Shown: positions 24,433 to 32,551 of the stretch, in pieces | Numbering within the stretch: the stretch's first letter is position 1 | Layout: every line of letters starts with the position of its first letter | Source of the DNA: Frankiaceae bacterium | GTDB lineage: Bacteria > Actinomycetota > Actinomycetes > Mycobacteriales > SCTD01 | Reading direction: 5' to 3' | Assembly (NCBI GenBank): GCA_031424715.1 | Contig: JANPHZ010000158.1 | Coordinates: 1 to 46,217, forward strand | DNA: 46,217 bases | Program-made: the position numbers and the translations under genes | Notes under the pieces: generated by a model | Told to the model about the DNA's origin: nothing | Databases searched by the model: none | Seen by the model: the letters and a program-made list of their open reading frames with translations, nothing else

Positions 24433-26283
24433 TCATGCCGAGTAGATGTGTCGGATGACTTCGGGGATGGTCGTGAGGTTCTGCTCGACCAGAGCGATCG
24501 CCTCGTCGTTCAGCGTGCGCATGCCCTGCTTGACGGCCATGCGGCGCAGCTCGTCCTGGGTGGCCCAGCCGACAACGAGACGCTTGATCTCCGGCGTGAT
24601 CGTCAGCAGCTCGTAGACGCCGATGCGGTCGGAGAAGCCGGTGTTGCTGCAGAAGTTGCAGCCCATGCCCTTGTAGAACTTGGCCTTGGTCGCTCCGCCG
24701 GACTCCTCGTAGAAGGCCATCTCCTCGGGGGAGGGCTTGTAGAGCTTCAGGCACTTCTCGCAGTTGCGCCGCAGCAGGCGTTGCCCGACGACGCCGAGCA
24801 CCGAGGAGGCGATGAGAAAGCTCTCGATGCCCATGTCGAGGAAGCGGTGCAGGGCCGCCACGGCAGCGGTCGCGTGCAGCGACGACAGGACGAAGTGCCC
24901 GGTCAGCGCTGACTGCGTCGCGATCCGGGCGGTCTCGACGTCGCGGATCTCACCGACCAGGATCACGTCCGGGTCCTGCCGCAGGATCGACTTCAGGCCG
25001 GTGGCGAAGGTGAGGCCGGCCTGCTCGTTGGTCGAGATCTGGTTGATCGAGGGGAAGACGTACTCGACCGGGTCCTCGATCGTCATGATGTTGCTCTGCG
25101 ACTCGTTGATCTCGCTCATCGTCGCGTAGAGCGTGGTCGTCTTCCCGGAGCCGGTCGGGCCGGCGCAGAGCACCATGCCGAACGGCGCGTGTACCAGCTT
25201 GGAGAACGTCGCGTGCGTGTCCGGTGGCATGCCCAGCTCGCCGAGCTTGAAGAGCGGGCGGCTCTTGTCCAGGATGCGGAGCACGACCTTCTCTCCCCAG
25301 ATCACCCCGGTGCTGGCCACGCGGATGTCGACCGACCGGCCGTCGACGTCGATCGCGATCTGACCGTCCTGCGGACGGCGCCGCTCGACGATGTTCATCC
25401 CCGCCATGATCTTGAGTCGGCTCACGAGCGCGGGGCCCATGCTCACCGGCAGGGAAACGACGTCGTGCAGTGCTCCGTCGATCCGGAAGCGGATGCGTAG
25501 CCGGGTGTCCTGCGGCTCGAGGTGCACGTCGGAGGCCCGGTCACGAAGAGCCTGACTGATGATCTTGTTCACCACTTGCACGACGGGCGCGTCGTGCGCT
25601 GCCGAGTCAGACGTGAGGGTGACCGACGTTCTGGTGATGGTCGCTGCCTCGAACGCGGCCACGAAAGCGTCCAGCCCCTCGAGCGACCGGTAGCACAGGT
25701 CGATGGCCCGGCGCACCTCGCTGGCGGGGGCCACGGCCAAGGTGACCGCCAGTCCCGTCACAGCCCCGAGCTGCTCGAGCAGAGCCTGGGACGGGTCAGC
25801 GACGGCGACGACCACACTGTCGCCCCTGCGCAGCATGGGGATGCACTGCTCAGCACGGGCCAGCGCCTCGGGCACGAGGGCGATGGCATCGGGCTCGGGC
25901 GTCTGGGTGCTGAGGTCCACGACGGACAGCGAGAGCTGGGCAGCCAGCGCCTCGGCGAGGTGCTGCTCGGTGATCGCTCCCAGCTCTACCAGCTGAGCCC
26001 CTACCCGCCTGCCCGAGATGCTCTGCTGAGCCAAGGCCTCGTTGAGCCGATCCGGGTCGATGAGCTCATGCGCCAGCAGGATCTGGCCCAAGGGCCACCA
26101 TGTGCTAGCGGCATCTCCGCCGGCCGACGCACCACGGCTCGTCTTCGCGGACCTCTGTCGAGGGGTAGGGGGCACTGCAGCCTTGACGTGCCTCGGCCCG
26201 GCTGCGGGGCTGCTCTCCGCCACGAGGACCGACGAGCCCTGGGCCTCAGACGGAGCCCCCGCGGTCGTGCGTCGGAGCTTCAT
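24433..26283 (-). CDS. pilB: Type IV pilus assembly ATPase PilB (GspE/PulE family)
   Basis: The start is at Met72 of track ORF 24433..26496 (GGAGAGGTCCAC before the ATG). It has a T2SSE_N-like region, Walker A GPTGSGKTTTLYA, DPDVILVGEIRD, TGHFVLSSLHAT and a tetracysteine CEKC ... CNFC. Confidence 0.9.
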   Translation of the reverse strand: MKLRRTTAGAPSEAQGSSVLVAESSPAAGPRHVKAAVPPTPRQRSAKTSRGASAGGDAASTWWPLGQILLAHELIDPDRLNEALAQQSISGRRVGAQLVELGAITEQHLAEALAAQLSLSVVDLSTQTPEPDAIALVPEALARAEQCIPMLRRGDSVVVAVADPSQALLEQLGAVTGLAVTLAVAPASEVRRAIDLCYRSLEGLDAFVAAFEAATITRTSVTLTSDSAAHDAPVVQVVNKIISQALRDRASDVHLEPQDTRLRIRFRIDGALHDVVSLPVSMGPALVSRLKIMAGMNIVERRRPQDGQIAIDVDGRSVDIRVASTGVIWGEKVVLRILDKSRPLFKLGELGMPPDTHATFSKLVHAPFGMVLCAGPTGSGKTTTLYATMSEINESQSNIMTIEDPVEYVFPSINQISTNEQAGLTFATGLKSILRQDPDVILVGEIRDVETARIATQSALTGHFVLSSLHATAAVAALHRFLDMGIESFLIASSVLGVVGQRLLRRNCEKCLKLYKPSPEEMAFYEESGGATKAKFYKGMGCNFCSNTGFSDRIGVYELLTITPEIKRLVVGWATQDELRRMAVKQGMRTLNDEAIALVEQNLTTIPEVIRHIYSA

Positions 26284-26420
26284 GTGGACCTCTCCAGCCA
26301 CTGGATCATCGCGACGCAGAGCACACCGGCGAGCAGCACGACGAGGAGAACGAGAGCAAGCTCCTGCACCCTGAGTTGGATCCCGAAGAGCCGGAACCCG
26401 CTGGTTCGTCTCGCCGCCAC
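26280..26420 (-). CDS. Unannotated 46-codon single-pass membrane ORF translationally coupled to pilB
   Basis: Own translation: VAARRTSGFRLFGIQLRVQELALVLLVVLLAGVLCVAMIQWLERST*. The GTG at 26420 is preceded by GGAGG with a 6-nt spacer. The TGA stop overlaps the pilB ATG (ATGA). Third codon positions are mostly G/C. It is below the size cutoff of the ORF track. Confidence 0.4.
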   Translation of the reverse strand: MAARRTSGFRLFGIQLRVQELALVLLVVLLAGVLCVAMIQWLERST

Positions 26421-26549
26421 CAGGCACCTCCGTCCACGGGGCCGTGCGTGGCGCCCCGCTCACCGTCGCTGCTGACCGGGGCTGGGGCCATCGCACGGTG
26501 GGCCGGAAGAGTTGACCGTTTGGAGGAGGGACAGAAGGGCTGCTTCGTG

Positions 26550-27179
26550 CTAGCCGACGTCGACGAGGCCGAGGCGAACGGCGGCCATGATGGCTTGCGT
26601 GCGGTTGTCGGCGCCGAGCTTCTCGTACACCTTGGACAGGTGCGTCTTGGTTGTCGACTGGCTGATGAACAGCTGTTCCGAGACCTGAGCGACCGAGGCG
26701 CCACCTGCCAGGAGGTCCAGGATTTGCTGCTCACGCGGCGTCAGGTGGACCGTGGGAGTCTGCAGTCGTCGCCGCATCGCACCGGCGAGGTCATGCGCCG
26801 TAAACGTCAACGGCGATGCGGCGGCATGTCGCGCTCCGGCAATCACGTCGCCGGAGGGTGCCGACTTGAGCACGAAGGCCGAGGCACCTGCTTCCAGCGC
26901 CGCGAAGACGTGCTCGTCGGCGTCGTACATGGTGAGGACGACGAGACCCATCTGCGGCCGCCGAGAACGGAGCTCGCGCACGAGGTCGATCCCGCTGCCG
27001 TCGCCGAGGTTGATGTCGACGACGGCGACATCAGGCTCGTGCGCCCGTGCGAGCGCTCGGGCCTCGGAGGCGCTCGCGGCTTCGGCCACCACCGCCAAGT
27101 CATCAGTCTGGTCGAAGGCCTGGCGCAGCCCCTGCCGGATCAGGCTGTGGTCGTCGACCAGCAGCACGGTGATGCTCAT
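26550..27179 (-). CDS. NarL/FixJ (LuxR-type HTH) response regulator
   Basis: 209 aa. Receiver MSITVLLVDDHSLIRQGL ... PDVAVVDINLGDGSG, and C-terminal HTH LTPREQQILDLLAGGASVAQVSEQLFISQSTTKTHLSKVYEKLG. Confidence 0.9.
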   Translation of the reverse strand: MSITVLLVDDHSLIRQGLRQAFDQTDDLAVVAEAASASEARALARAHEPDVAVVDINLGDGSGIDLVRELRSRRPQMGLVVLTMYDADEHVFAALEAGASAFVLKSAPSGDVIAGARHAAASPLTFTAHDLAGAMRRRLQTPTVHLTPREQQILDLLAGGASVAQVSEQLFISQSTTKTHLSKVYEKLGADNRTQAIMAAVRLGLVDVG

Positions 27180-28822
27180 GAGCTCCGCCCCTCCTTGCTC
27201 GAGCCGAACACCACATCTACCCGCACGCCACCACCTTCGCGCAGCGAAACGGTCAAGGCTCCTCCCACCTGCCGGAGGCGTGCATCCAGCTCGTCGACCT
27301 CGAGCGACTCTGGGCTGCCGCTGGCGGCGTCGTGCTCGACGGTGAGCCGCGCGGACGGCGGGTCGACGGCCAGTGCCACCCAGAGGTTGCCGCTACGTGC
27401 GTGGAGCCGGTAGTGCTGGGCGACCGCCTGCAGTGCTTGGAAGAGCAGGACCTCGCTGTCAGCGGGCAGCCTGAAGGCTGCCTCGTCAAGGGACAGATGA
27501 ACGGCCAGCCCGGTCCCTGAGCCCATGGCCCGCAGGTAGGACGCGATCGCAGCGCCCAGGCCACCTTCCTGGTCGACACTTGTGCGGAGCTCGGTGATCG
27601 ACAGGCGGATCGAGCTGATGAGACCGGTGAGGTCCCGGCGCACCTCGGCGACGCTGGAGGCCAGTGCGGGGTCAGTAGTCCGGGCCTGCGTGACCAGCTC
27701 GTCGAGCCGGTAGCCGAAACTGGCGAGGTCCTGCGCCAGGCCGTCGTGGATCTGGCGGGCCAGTCGGTTGCGCTCCTCCAGGGTGAGGCTGCGGCGCACG
27801 TCATCGAACAGCAGCGCCGTCTCGATCCGCAGCGCCCCCGCTGCAGCACAGTCCACCAGCCCGTCGATGACCTGCGTGCTGAACGTCGCCGGCTCGTACA
27901 CCTCGAGGGCGAGCAGTCCGAAGGGCGCGCTGGCTGTCACGAGCGGGATGACCGCGAGGGTGCTGCCCAGTCGTCGTCCGTGCACGTCGGGGGGGCGTAC
28001 GTCGACGACCGGAGCGCAACTGTCCCAGCTCTGCCGAAGCGGTCCCGGAGACGCCAGAGGCGCCCGCCACGGCATGCGGCTCGTCCCGCGGACGGCCGCG
28101 GGCACGAGCGACCCGGTACCGGTCTCCACCAGCACGGCCGAGCGGTCGCTGGGCGCGATGAGCGCCGCCTTGTCGAGGACGGCCATGGCCGCCGCCGGCA
28201 GGTCCAAGCCGCCGGTCAGTCCCTCGGTCACACCGCGCAGCTGCCTCAAGAGGGCGCGCGCCTCGCCGTACCGGTCGCTGTCCGCCGCAGGAGGGGGGTT
28301 CAGGCTGAGTCTGCGTGACCAGTTGGCGCTCAGGCCGAGGGCGAGGCCGAGGACGACCCAGAGCGAAACGGTGGCGGTGAACGCCTCGGCTGTGCCGGAC
28401 GGCACCCCGGGAAGACCCCACGCGTAGGCGAGCCGTCCCATGGCGGCACCCGCGGCGCAACCGGCACTCGCCAGCAGGACGTCGACGCGGGCGCCGGTGA
28501 GGCCCATGGCCACGCCCGGGGCGAGCAGGTAGGGGAGCATCGGGCTCCGTGGTCCGCCCGTGAGGCAGACGGCGGCCCCGGCGATCACCGCCTCGACGAC
28601 AGTGATCGGCAGGACGTGGCGGCGCTCGCGCTCGGCGCGATTCGCGACCAGGACGAGGGCCGCGAGCAGTGCCGTCGGTAGCGCGGTGTAGCTGCGGAAC
28701 TCAGCGAACAGGGCTGTGACGCTGCACAGCACGAGCAGGGCAAGGCGGATCGCTGTCGCTGGAGACGAGTTGTGCCGTGGCTGTCGCCGCCGGCCGGTGA
28801 CCGCCGCCTGCCCGTCGGTCAT
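27176..28822 (-). CDS. Membrane sensor histidine kinase (TM region + GAF-like domain + HisKA_3 + HATPase)
   Basis: Phospho-acceptor box RLARQIHDGLAQDLAS (HisKA_3 type). ATGA overlap with the regulator. I prefer the Met26 start (MTDGQAAV, 28822), because the track start at 28897 would overlap the fadD 3' end by 29 nt. Confidence 0.8.
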   Translation of the reverse strand: MTDGQAAVTGRRRQPRHNSSPATAIRLALLVLCSVTALFAEFRSYTALPTALLAALVLVANRAERERRHVLPITVVEAVIAGAAVCLTGGPRSPMLPYLLAPGVAMGLTGARVDVLLASAGCAAGAAMGRLAYAWGLPGVPSGTAEAFTATVSLWVVLGLALGLSANWSRRLSLNPPPAADSDRYGEARALLRQLRGVTEGLTGGLDLPAAAMAVLDKAALIAPSDRSAVLVETGTGSLVPAAVRGTSRMPWRAPLASPGPLRQSWDSCAPVVDVRPPDVHGRRLGSTLAVIPLVTASAPFGLLALEVYEPATFSTQVIDGLVDCAAAGALRIETALLFDDVRRSLTLEERNRLARQIHDGLAQDLASFGYRLDELVTQARTTDPALASSVAEVRRDLTGLISSIRLSITELRTSVDQEGGLGAAIASYLRAMGSGTGLAVHLSLDEAAFRLPADSEVLLFQALQAVAQHYRLHARSGNLWVALAVDPPSARLTVEHDAASGSPESLEVDELDARLRQVGGALTVSLREGGGVRVDVVFGSSKEGRSS

Positions 28823-28868
28823 CTCGCGCCGGCCACCGAGTCCACGCGCCGCGGCACCGTCAACCCAA

Positions 28869-30680
28869 TCAAGAACCCTGCGCGGCGTAGAGGGCATCGA
28901 CCTCGGCCGCGAACTCCTTCATGACCACGGCGCGCTTGAGCTTGAGCGACGGGGTGAGCTGGCCGCCCTCCTCGGTCCAGTCCTGCTCGAGGACCGCGAA
29001 CTTCTTGATGGCCTCCGCCTGGGACACGGCCTTGTTGGCCTCGTCCACGGCGCCCTGGACCTCGGCGAGCAGATCCTCGTCGGTGGCCAGGTCAGCGGGT
29101 GTTCCGGACTTCCCGCGGGCGGTCGACCAGGCCTGCGCGGCCTCGGGGTCGAGGGTGACGAGCGCGGCGATGAAGGGCTGCTTGTCGCCGACAACCATGC
29201 ACTGGCTCACCAGGGGATGCGCGCGCAGCCGGTCCTCCAGCACCGCGGGGGCGACGTTCTTGCCGCCTGCGGTGACGATGAGCTCCTTCTTGCGACCGGT
29301 GATGGTCAGGAAGCCCTCGTCGTCGAGCTGGCCGATGTCGCCGCTGTGGAACCAGCCGTCGCCCTTGGTCTCGCGGGTCGCGTCCTCGTTGTGCCAGTAG
29401 CCACGGAAGACGTGCTCGCCCTGCATGAGGACTTCGCCGTCGTCGGCGATGCGCACCGTGACGCCCGGCGAGGGGCGCCCCACGGAGCCGATCTTGAGGT
29501 GGGCGGGCGTGTTGACGGTGCCCGCCGCTGTCGTCTCGGTGAGCCCGTAGCCCTCGAGGATCGTGATGCCGATGCCGCGGAAGAAGTGCCCGAGCCGCGC
29601 TCCGAGGGGGGCTCCACCGGACACAGCCCACTCCACCTGTCCGCCTAGGGCCGCGCGCAGCTTGCCGTAGACCAGCCGGTCGAACAGGCCGTGCTGCAGT
29701 CGCAGCGCCAGTGGGACGCCGCCGCGAGCCACGGCCTCGCTGTAGCGGATGGCGACCCGCTCGGACGCATCGAAGATCTTGCCCTTGCCGTCGGCGTGAG
29801 CCTTCTGTCGGGCGGTGTTGTAGATCTTCTCGAACACGCGGGGGACCGACAGCACGAACGTCGGCTGGAAGACCGCGAAGTCGGCGAGCAGGTTCTTGAT
29901 GTCAGCGGTGTGGCCCATCCGCGCGCCGGTCTCCACGCAGCCGATCTGGATCAACCGGGCAAAGACGTGGGCCAGCGGGAGGAAGAGCAACGTCGAGCCT
30001 TGCGCGAGGAACAGCTCCTTGAGCACGAGACCCGCGCTCCGCCCGGTGCCGACGAGGTTGCCGTGCGTTAGCTCGCAGCCCTTGGGTCGCCCCGTCGTGC
30101 CCGACGTGTAGATGATCGTCGCGAGCGAGTCTGCGTTCAGCGTGGCCCGGCGCTCCGCGAGCGCCGTCGCGGGCACGTCGCGACCGGCCGCGGCCAGCCC
30201 CTCGACGTCGCCGGTGTCCATGCGCCACACGTGCTTGACCCCGGGCAGGTCGGCCCGCAGCCCCGCCACGATCGCCTCGTGGGCGGTGCTCTCGACGATG
30301 ACCGCGACGGCACCCGAGTCGCTGAGGTTCCACTGCACCTGCTCGGCGGACGACGTCTCGTAGATCGGCACGGTCACGGCGCCGGCCGTCCAGATCGCGT
30401 AGTCGCAGAGCGTCCACTCGTAGCGGGTCTTGCTCATCAGCCCGACCCGGTCACCGGCCTGTACGCCGGAAGCGATCAGGCCCGAGGCGACCGCGGCGAC
30501 CTCGTCGGCGAACTCGCGGGCCGTCACGGGGGCCCAGCCCGCGTCGGAGCGCCGGCTGAAGGCGACCGCGTCCGGCGTACGGCTTGCGTTGTCGTGCACG
30601 GCGTCGAGCAGGCAGGCCTGCGGGGACGCGGTGAGCACTTGGGGGGTGGAGTACTCGTTCAACACCGGCTCCTCGTTCAT
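28869..30680 (-). CDS. fadD: Long-chain fatty-acid--CoA ligase (AMP-dependent synthetase, FadD15-like)
   Basis: 603 aa. AMP-binding motif IIYTSGTTGRPKG, then EGYGLTET and GWFHSGDIG ... GRKKELIVTAGGKNV. Confidence 0.9.
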   Translation of the reverse strand: MNEEPVLNEYSTPQVLTASPQACLLDAVHDNASRTPDAVAFSRRSDAGWAPVTAREFADEVAAVASGLIASGVQAGDRVGLMSKTRYEWTLCDYAIWTAGAVTVPIYETSSAEQVQWNLSDSGAVAVIVESTAHEAIVAGLRADLPGVKHVWRMDTGDVEGLAAAGRDVPATALAERRATLNADSLATIIYTSGTTGRPKGCELTHGNLVGTGRSAGLVLKELFLAQGSTLLFLPLAHVFARLIQIGCVETGARMGHTADIKNLLADFAVFQPTFVLSVPRVFEKIYNTARQKAHADGKGKIFDASERVAIRYSEAVARGGVPLALRLQHGLFDRLVYGKLRAALGGQVEWAVSGGAPLGARLGHFFRGIGITILEGYGLTETTAAGTVNTPAHLKIGSVGRPSPGVTVRIADDGEVLMQGEHVFRGYWHNEDATRETKGDGWFHSGDIGQLDDEGFLTITGRKKELIVTAGGKNVAPAVLEDRLRAHPLVSQCMVVGDKQPFIAALVTLDPEAAQAWSTARGKSGTPADLATDEDLLAEVQGAVDEANKAVSQAEAIKKFAVLEQDWTEEGGQLTPSLKLKRAVVMKEFAAEVDALYAAQGS

Positions 30681-30739
30681 GACCCGCCGACACGCGGATG
30701 AGCCGCCAACGTATCCCGAGGGTGCTGCTCTCCTACCGT

Positions 30740-31240
30740 GTGCGGGTGACCTCGCCCACCGCGTGCCCGTCGTGCGGCGCCGCGCTGCGCCCCGGTCAGC
30801 CCTGGTGCACGCTCTGCTACGCAGACCTGCGCCCGTCCGAGCCCGAGCCGGAGGTGGCCGACGAGCCGGTCGCGGTCGCGCCGTCCGAGGTCGTGGCTGT
30901 GGCGCCCGACCCGCTCGATCTGTCGACGCCGCTCGACCTCGTCGGGCGCGCGCCGGTGACGCTCCCCGCTGATCTCAGCCCGACTGTCGGCCTCGAGCCG
31001 GCGCCCGGTCCGGCCTGGCCGTGCACGACCTGCGGCGCGGCCAACTCCTTCGACCGCGACGTGTGCGGCAGCTGTGGCAGCGCGTTTCTCGCCGCGGCCC
31101 GCGATGAGGGTCCGCTGCTGGAGCTGCCGGTGGTCGGTGATCTCACCCGCCTCGGTCGGGCGCAGCGGCTCGGGTTGGCCGCCGGCCTCGTCGTCGCTTT
31201 CCTGGCCGTCGTCCTGATTGTCGGTCTGCTGTTCGGCTGA
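30740..31240 (+). CDS. Double zinc-ribbon protein with a C-terminal TM anchor
   Basis: CPSCGAALRPGQPWCTLC and CTTCGAANSFDRDVCGSCGS, with C-terminal LGLAAGLVVAFLAVVLIVGLLFG. The track start at 30698 lies only 17 nt from the divergent fadD start, so a GTG at 30740/30746 is preferred. Confidence 0.6.
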   Translation: MRVTSPTACPSCGAALRPGQPWCTLCYADLRPSEPEPEVADEPVAVAPSEVVAVAPDPLDLSTPLDLVGRAPVTLPADLSPTVGLEPAPGPAWPCTTCGAANSFDRDVCGSCGSAFLAAARDEGPLLELPVVGDLTRLGRAQRLGLAAGLVVAFLAVVLIVGLLFG

Positions 31241-31268
31241 GTCGGGCCCTGTCGGCTAGAACTGGCAG

Positions 31269-32036
31269 ATGAGGGTCCACGTCGTCAGCGACGTCCACGG
31301 CAACGCGGAGGCGTTGGCGCGTGCGGGGGACGGCGCGGACGCCCTGGTCTGCCTCGGTGACTTCGTGCTCTTCTTGGATTACCACGACGCCGGCAACGGC
31401 ATCTTCGCCCGGCTGTTCGGAGCGGACGCGGCCCGGCGACTGGTCCAGCTCCGCACCGAACGCCGCTTCGACGAGGCGCGCGACTGGTCGCGCAGTCTGT
31501 GGGCCAGCCTGCCGGAGGAGCCTGCCGTCGTCATGGAGCGGGAGATCACCCAGCAGTACGCCGAGATGTTCAGCGTGTTGCCCGACCCGTCCTACCTCAC
31601 CTACGGCAACGTCGACGTGCCGCGGCTGTGGCCGGATTACCTGCCCGCCCACGCCACCGTGCTCGACGGCGGGACAGCCCAGCTCGGCGACCGCACCTGG
31701 GGCTTCGTCGGGGGCGGGCTGCGTACGCCGATGCGGACGCCGTACGAGATCAGCGACGAGGACTACGCCGCCAAGGTGGTGCAGGTCGGGGCCGTCGACG
31801 TGCTGGCCTGCCACATCCCGCCGGATGTGCCGGAGCTGCTCTACGACGTCGAGGCGCGCAGGTTCGAGCGCGGGAGCAGTGCGGTGCTCGACGCGATCCG
31901 CGACACCCAGCCCGCACTCGTGGTCTTCGGGCACGTCCACCAGCCGCTGCTGCAGCGCACCCGGATCGGGCGGACCGAGTGCGTCAACGTCGGTCACTTC
32001 GCCGGCACCGGGACGCCGTACGTCGTGACCTACTGA
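31269..32036 (+). CDS. Metallophosphoesterase family protein
   Basis: MRVHVVSDVHGN, LVCLGDFV, GNVD and VFGHVH motifs. Confidence 0.8.
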   Translation: MRVHVVSDVHGNAEALARAGDGADALVCLGDFVLFLDYHDAGNGIFARLFGADAARRLVQLRTERRFDEARDWSRSLWASLPEEPAVVMEREITQQYAEMFSVLPDPSYLTYGNVDVPRLWPDYLPAHATVLDGGTAQLGDRTWGFVGGGLRTPMRTPYEISDEDYAAKVVQVGAVDVLACHIPPDVPELLYDVEARRFERGSSAVLDAIRDTQPALVVFGHVHQPLLQRTRIGRTECVNVGHFAGTGTPYVVTY

Positions 32037-32077
32037 CCCTGGGTACTAGCCTGCCGAGCAGGCAACCAGGAGGACAC

Positions 32078-32512
32078 GTGGCGGATCAGGCGAGCTCCAA
32101 CATCGTCATCAACGCACCCACCGAGGACGTGCTGGCGGTCATCGCGGACATCGCGAGCTATCCCGAGTGGACCGGCCAGATCAAGAGCGCCGAGGTCCTC
32201 GAGACCGACGGCGACGGGCGCCCGCAGCAGGCCCGTTTCGTCATGGACGCGGGCGTGCTCAAGGACGAGTACACGCTGGCCTACGACTGGACCGACTCCG
32301 GCGTCTCGTGGCAGCTGATCGGCAAGAGCACCGTGCAGAAGTCGCAGGTCGGCTCCTACACGCTCGCCGACAAAGGTGGCAGCACGGAGGTCACCTACCG
32401 ACTGGCCGTCGACATCGCCATGCCGATGCTCGGGATGTTCAAGCGCAAGGCCGAGAAGATGATCATGGACTCCGCCCTGAAGGAGCTCAAGAAGCGGGTG
32501 GAGTCGAGCTGA
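32078..32512 (+). CDS. SRPBCC (polyketide cyclase/dehydrase-like, TB16.3-like) protein
   Basis: An in-frame GTG at 32078 is preceded by AGGAGGA and gives VADQASSNIVINAPTEDVLAVIADIASYPEWTGQIKSAEVLE. The track ORF 31499..32512 is over-extended through the previous gene. Confidence 0.8.
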   Translation: MADQASSNIVINAPTEDVLAVIADIASYPEWTGQIKSAEVLETDGDGRPQQARFVMDAGVLKDEYTLAYDWTDSGVSWQLIGKSTVQKSQVGSYTLADKGGSTEVTYRLAVDIAMPMLGMFKRKAEKMIMDSALKELKKRVESS

Positions 32513-32551
32513 GCCTGCGCTTGCTCGCCCCACCCTGACCGAGGAGACAAC

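Noticed and set aside
24433-26496. N-terminal extensions of track ORFs: pilB to 26496, PilX-like to 22680, TPR to 7552, M48 to 13452, SRPBCC to 31499, glucokinase to 33855, pilin to 20752, minor pilins to 22985/23611
   Set aside because: The extensions overlap upstream genes or have Arg/Pro-rich junk composition. Internal starts carry Shine-Dalgarno-like sequences, or ATGA/GTGA coupling to the preceding stop, and give sensible N-termini (signal peptides, prepilin leaders).
16135-28868. Mobile-element hallmarks (integrase, transposase, tRNA target, terminal direct repeats) around the pilus block and around the DUF4331 block
   Set aside because: None were recognisable by eye in any frame. The island interpretation therefore rests only on synteny recall and apparent composition, and is reported as inference.
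28823-28897. Track start (28897) for the histidine kinase
   Set aside because: It would overlap the 3' end of the fadD gene by 29 nt on the same strand. The internal Met (28822) precedes the first TM segment and avoids the overlap. It is kept as an alternative only.
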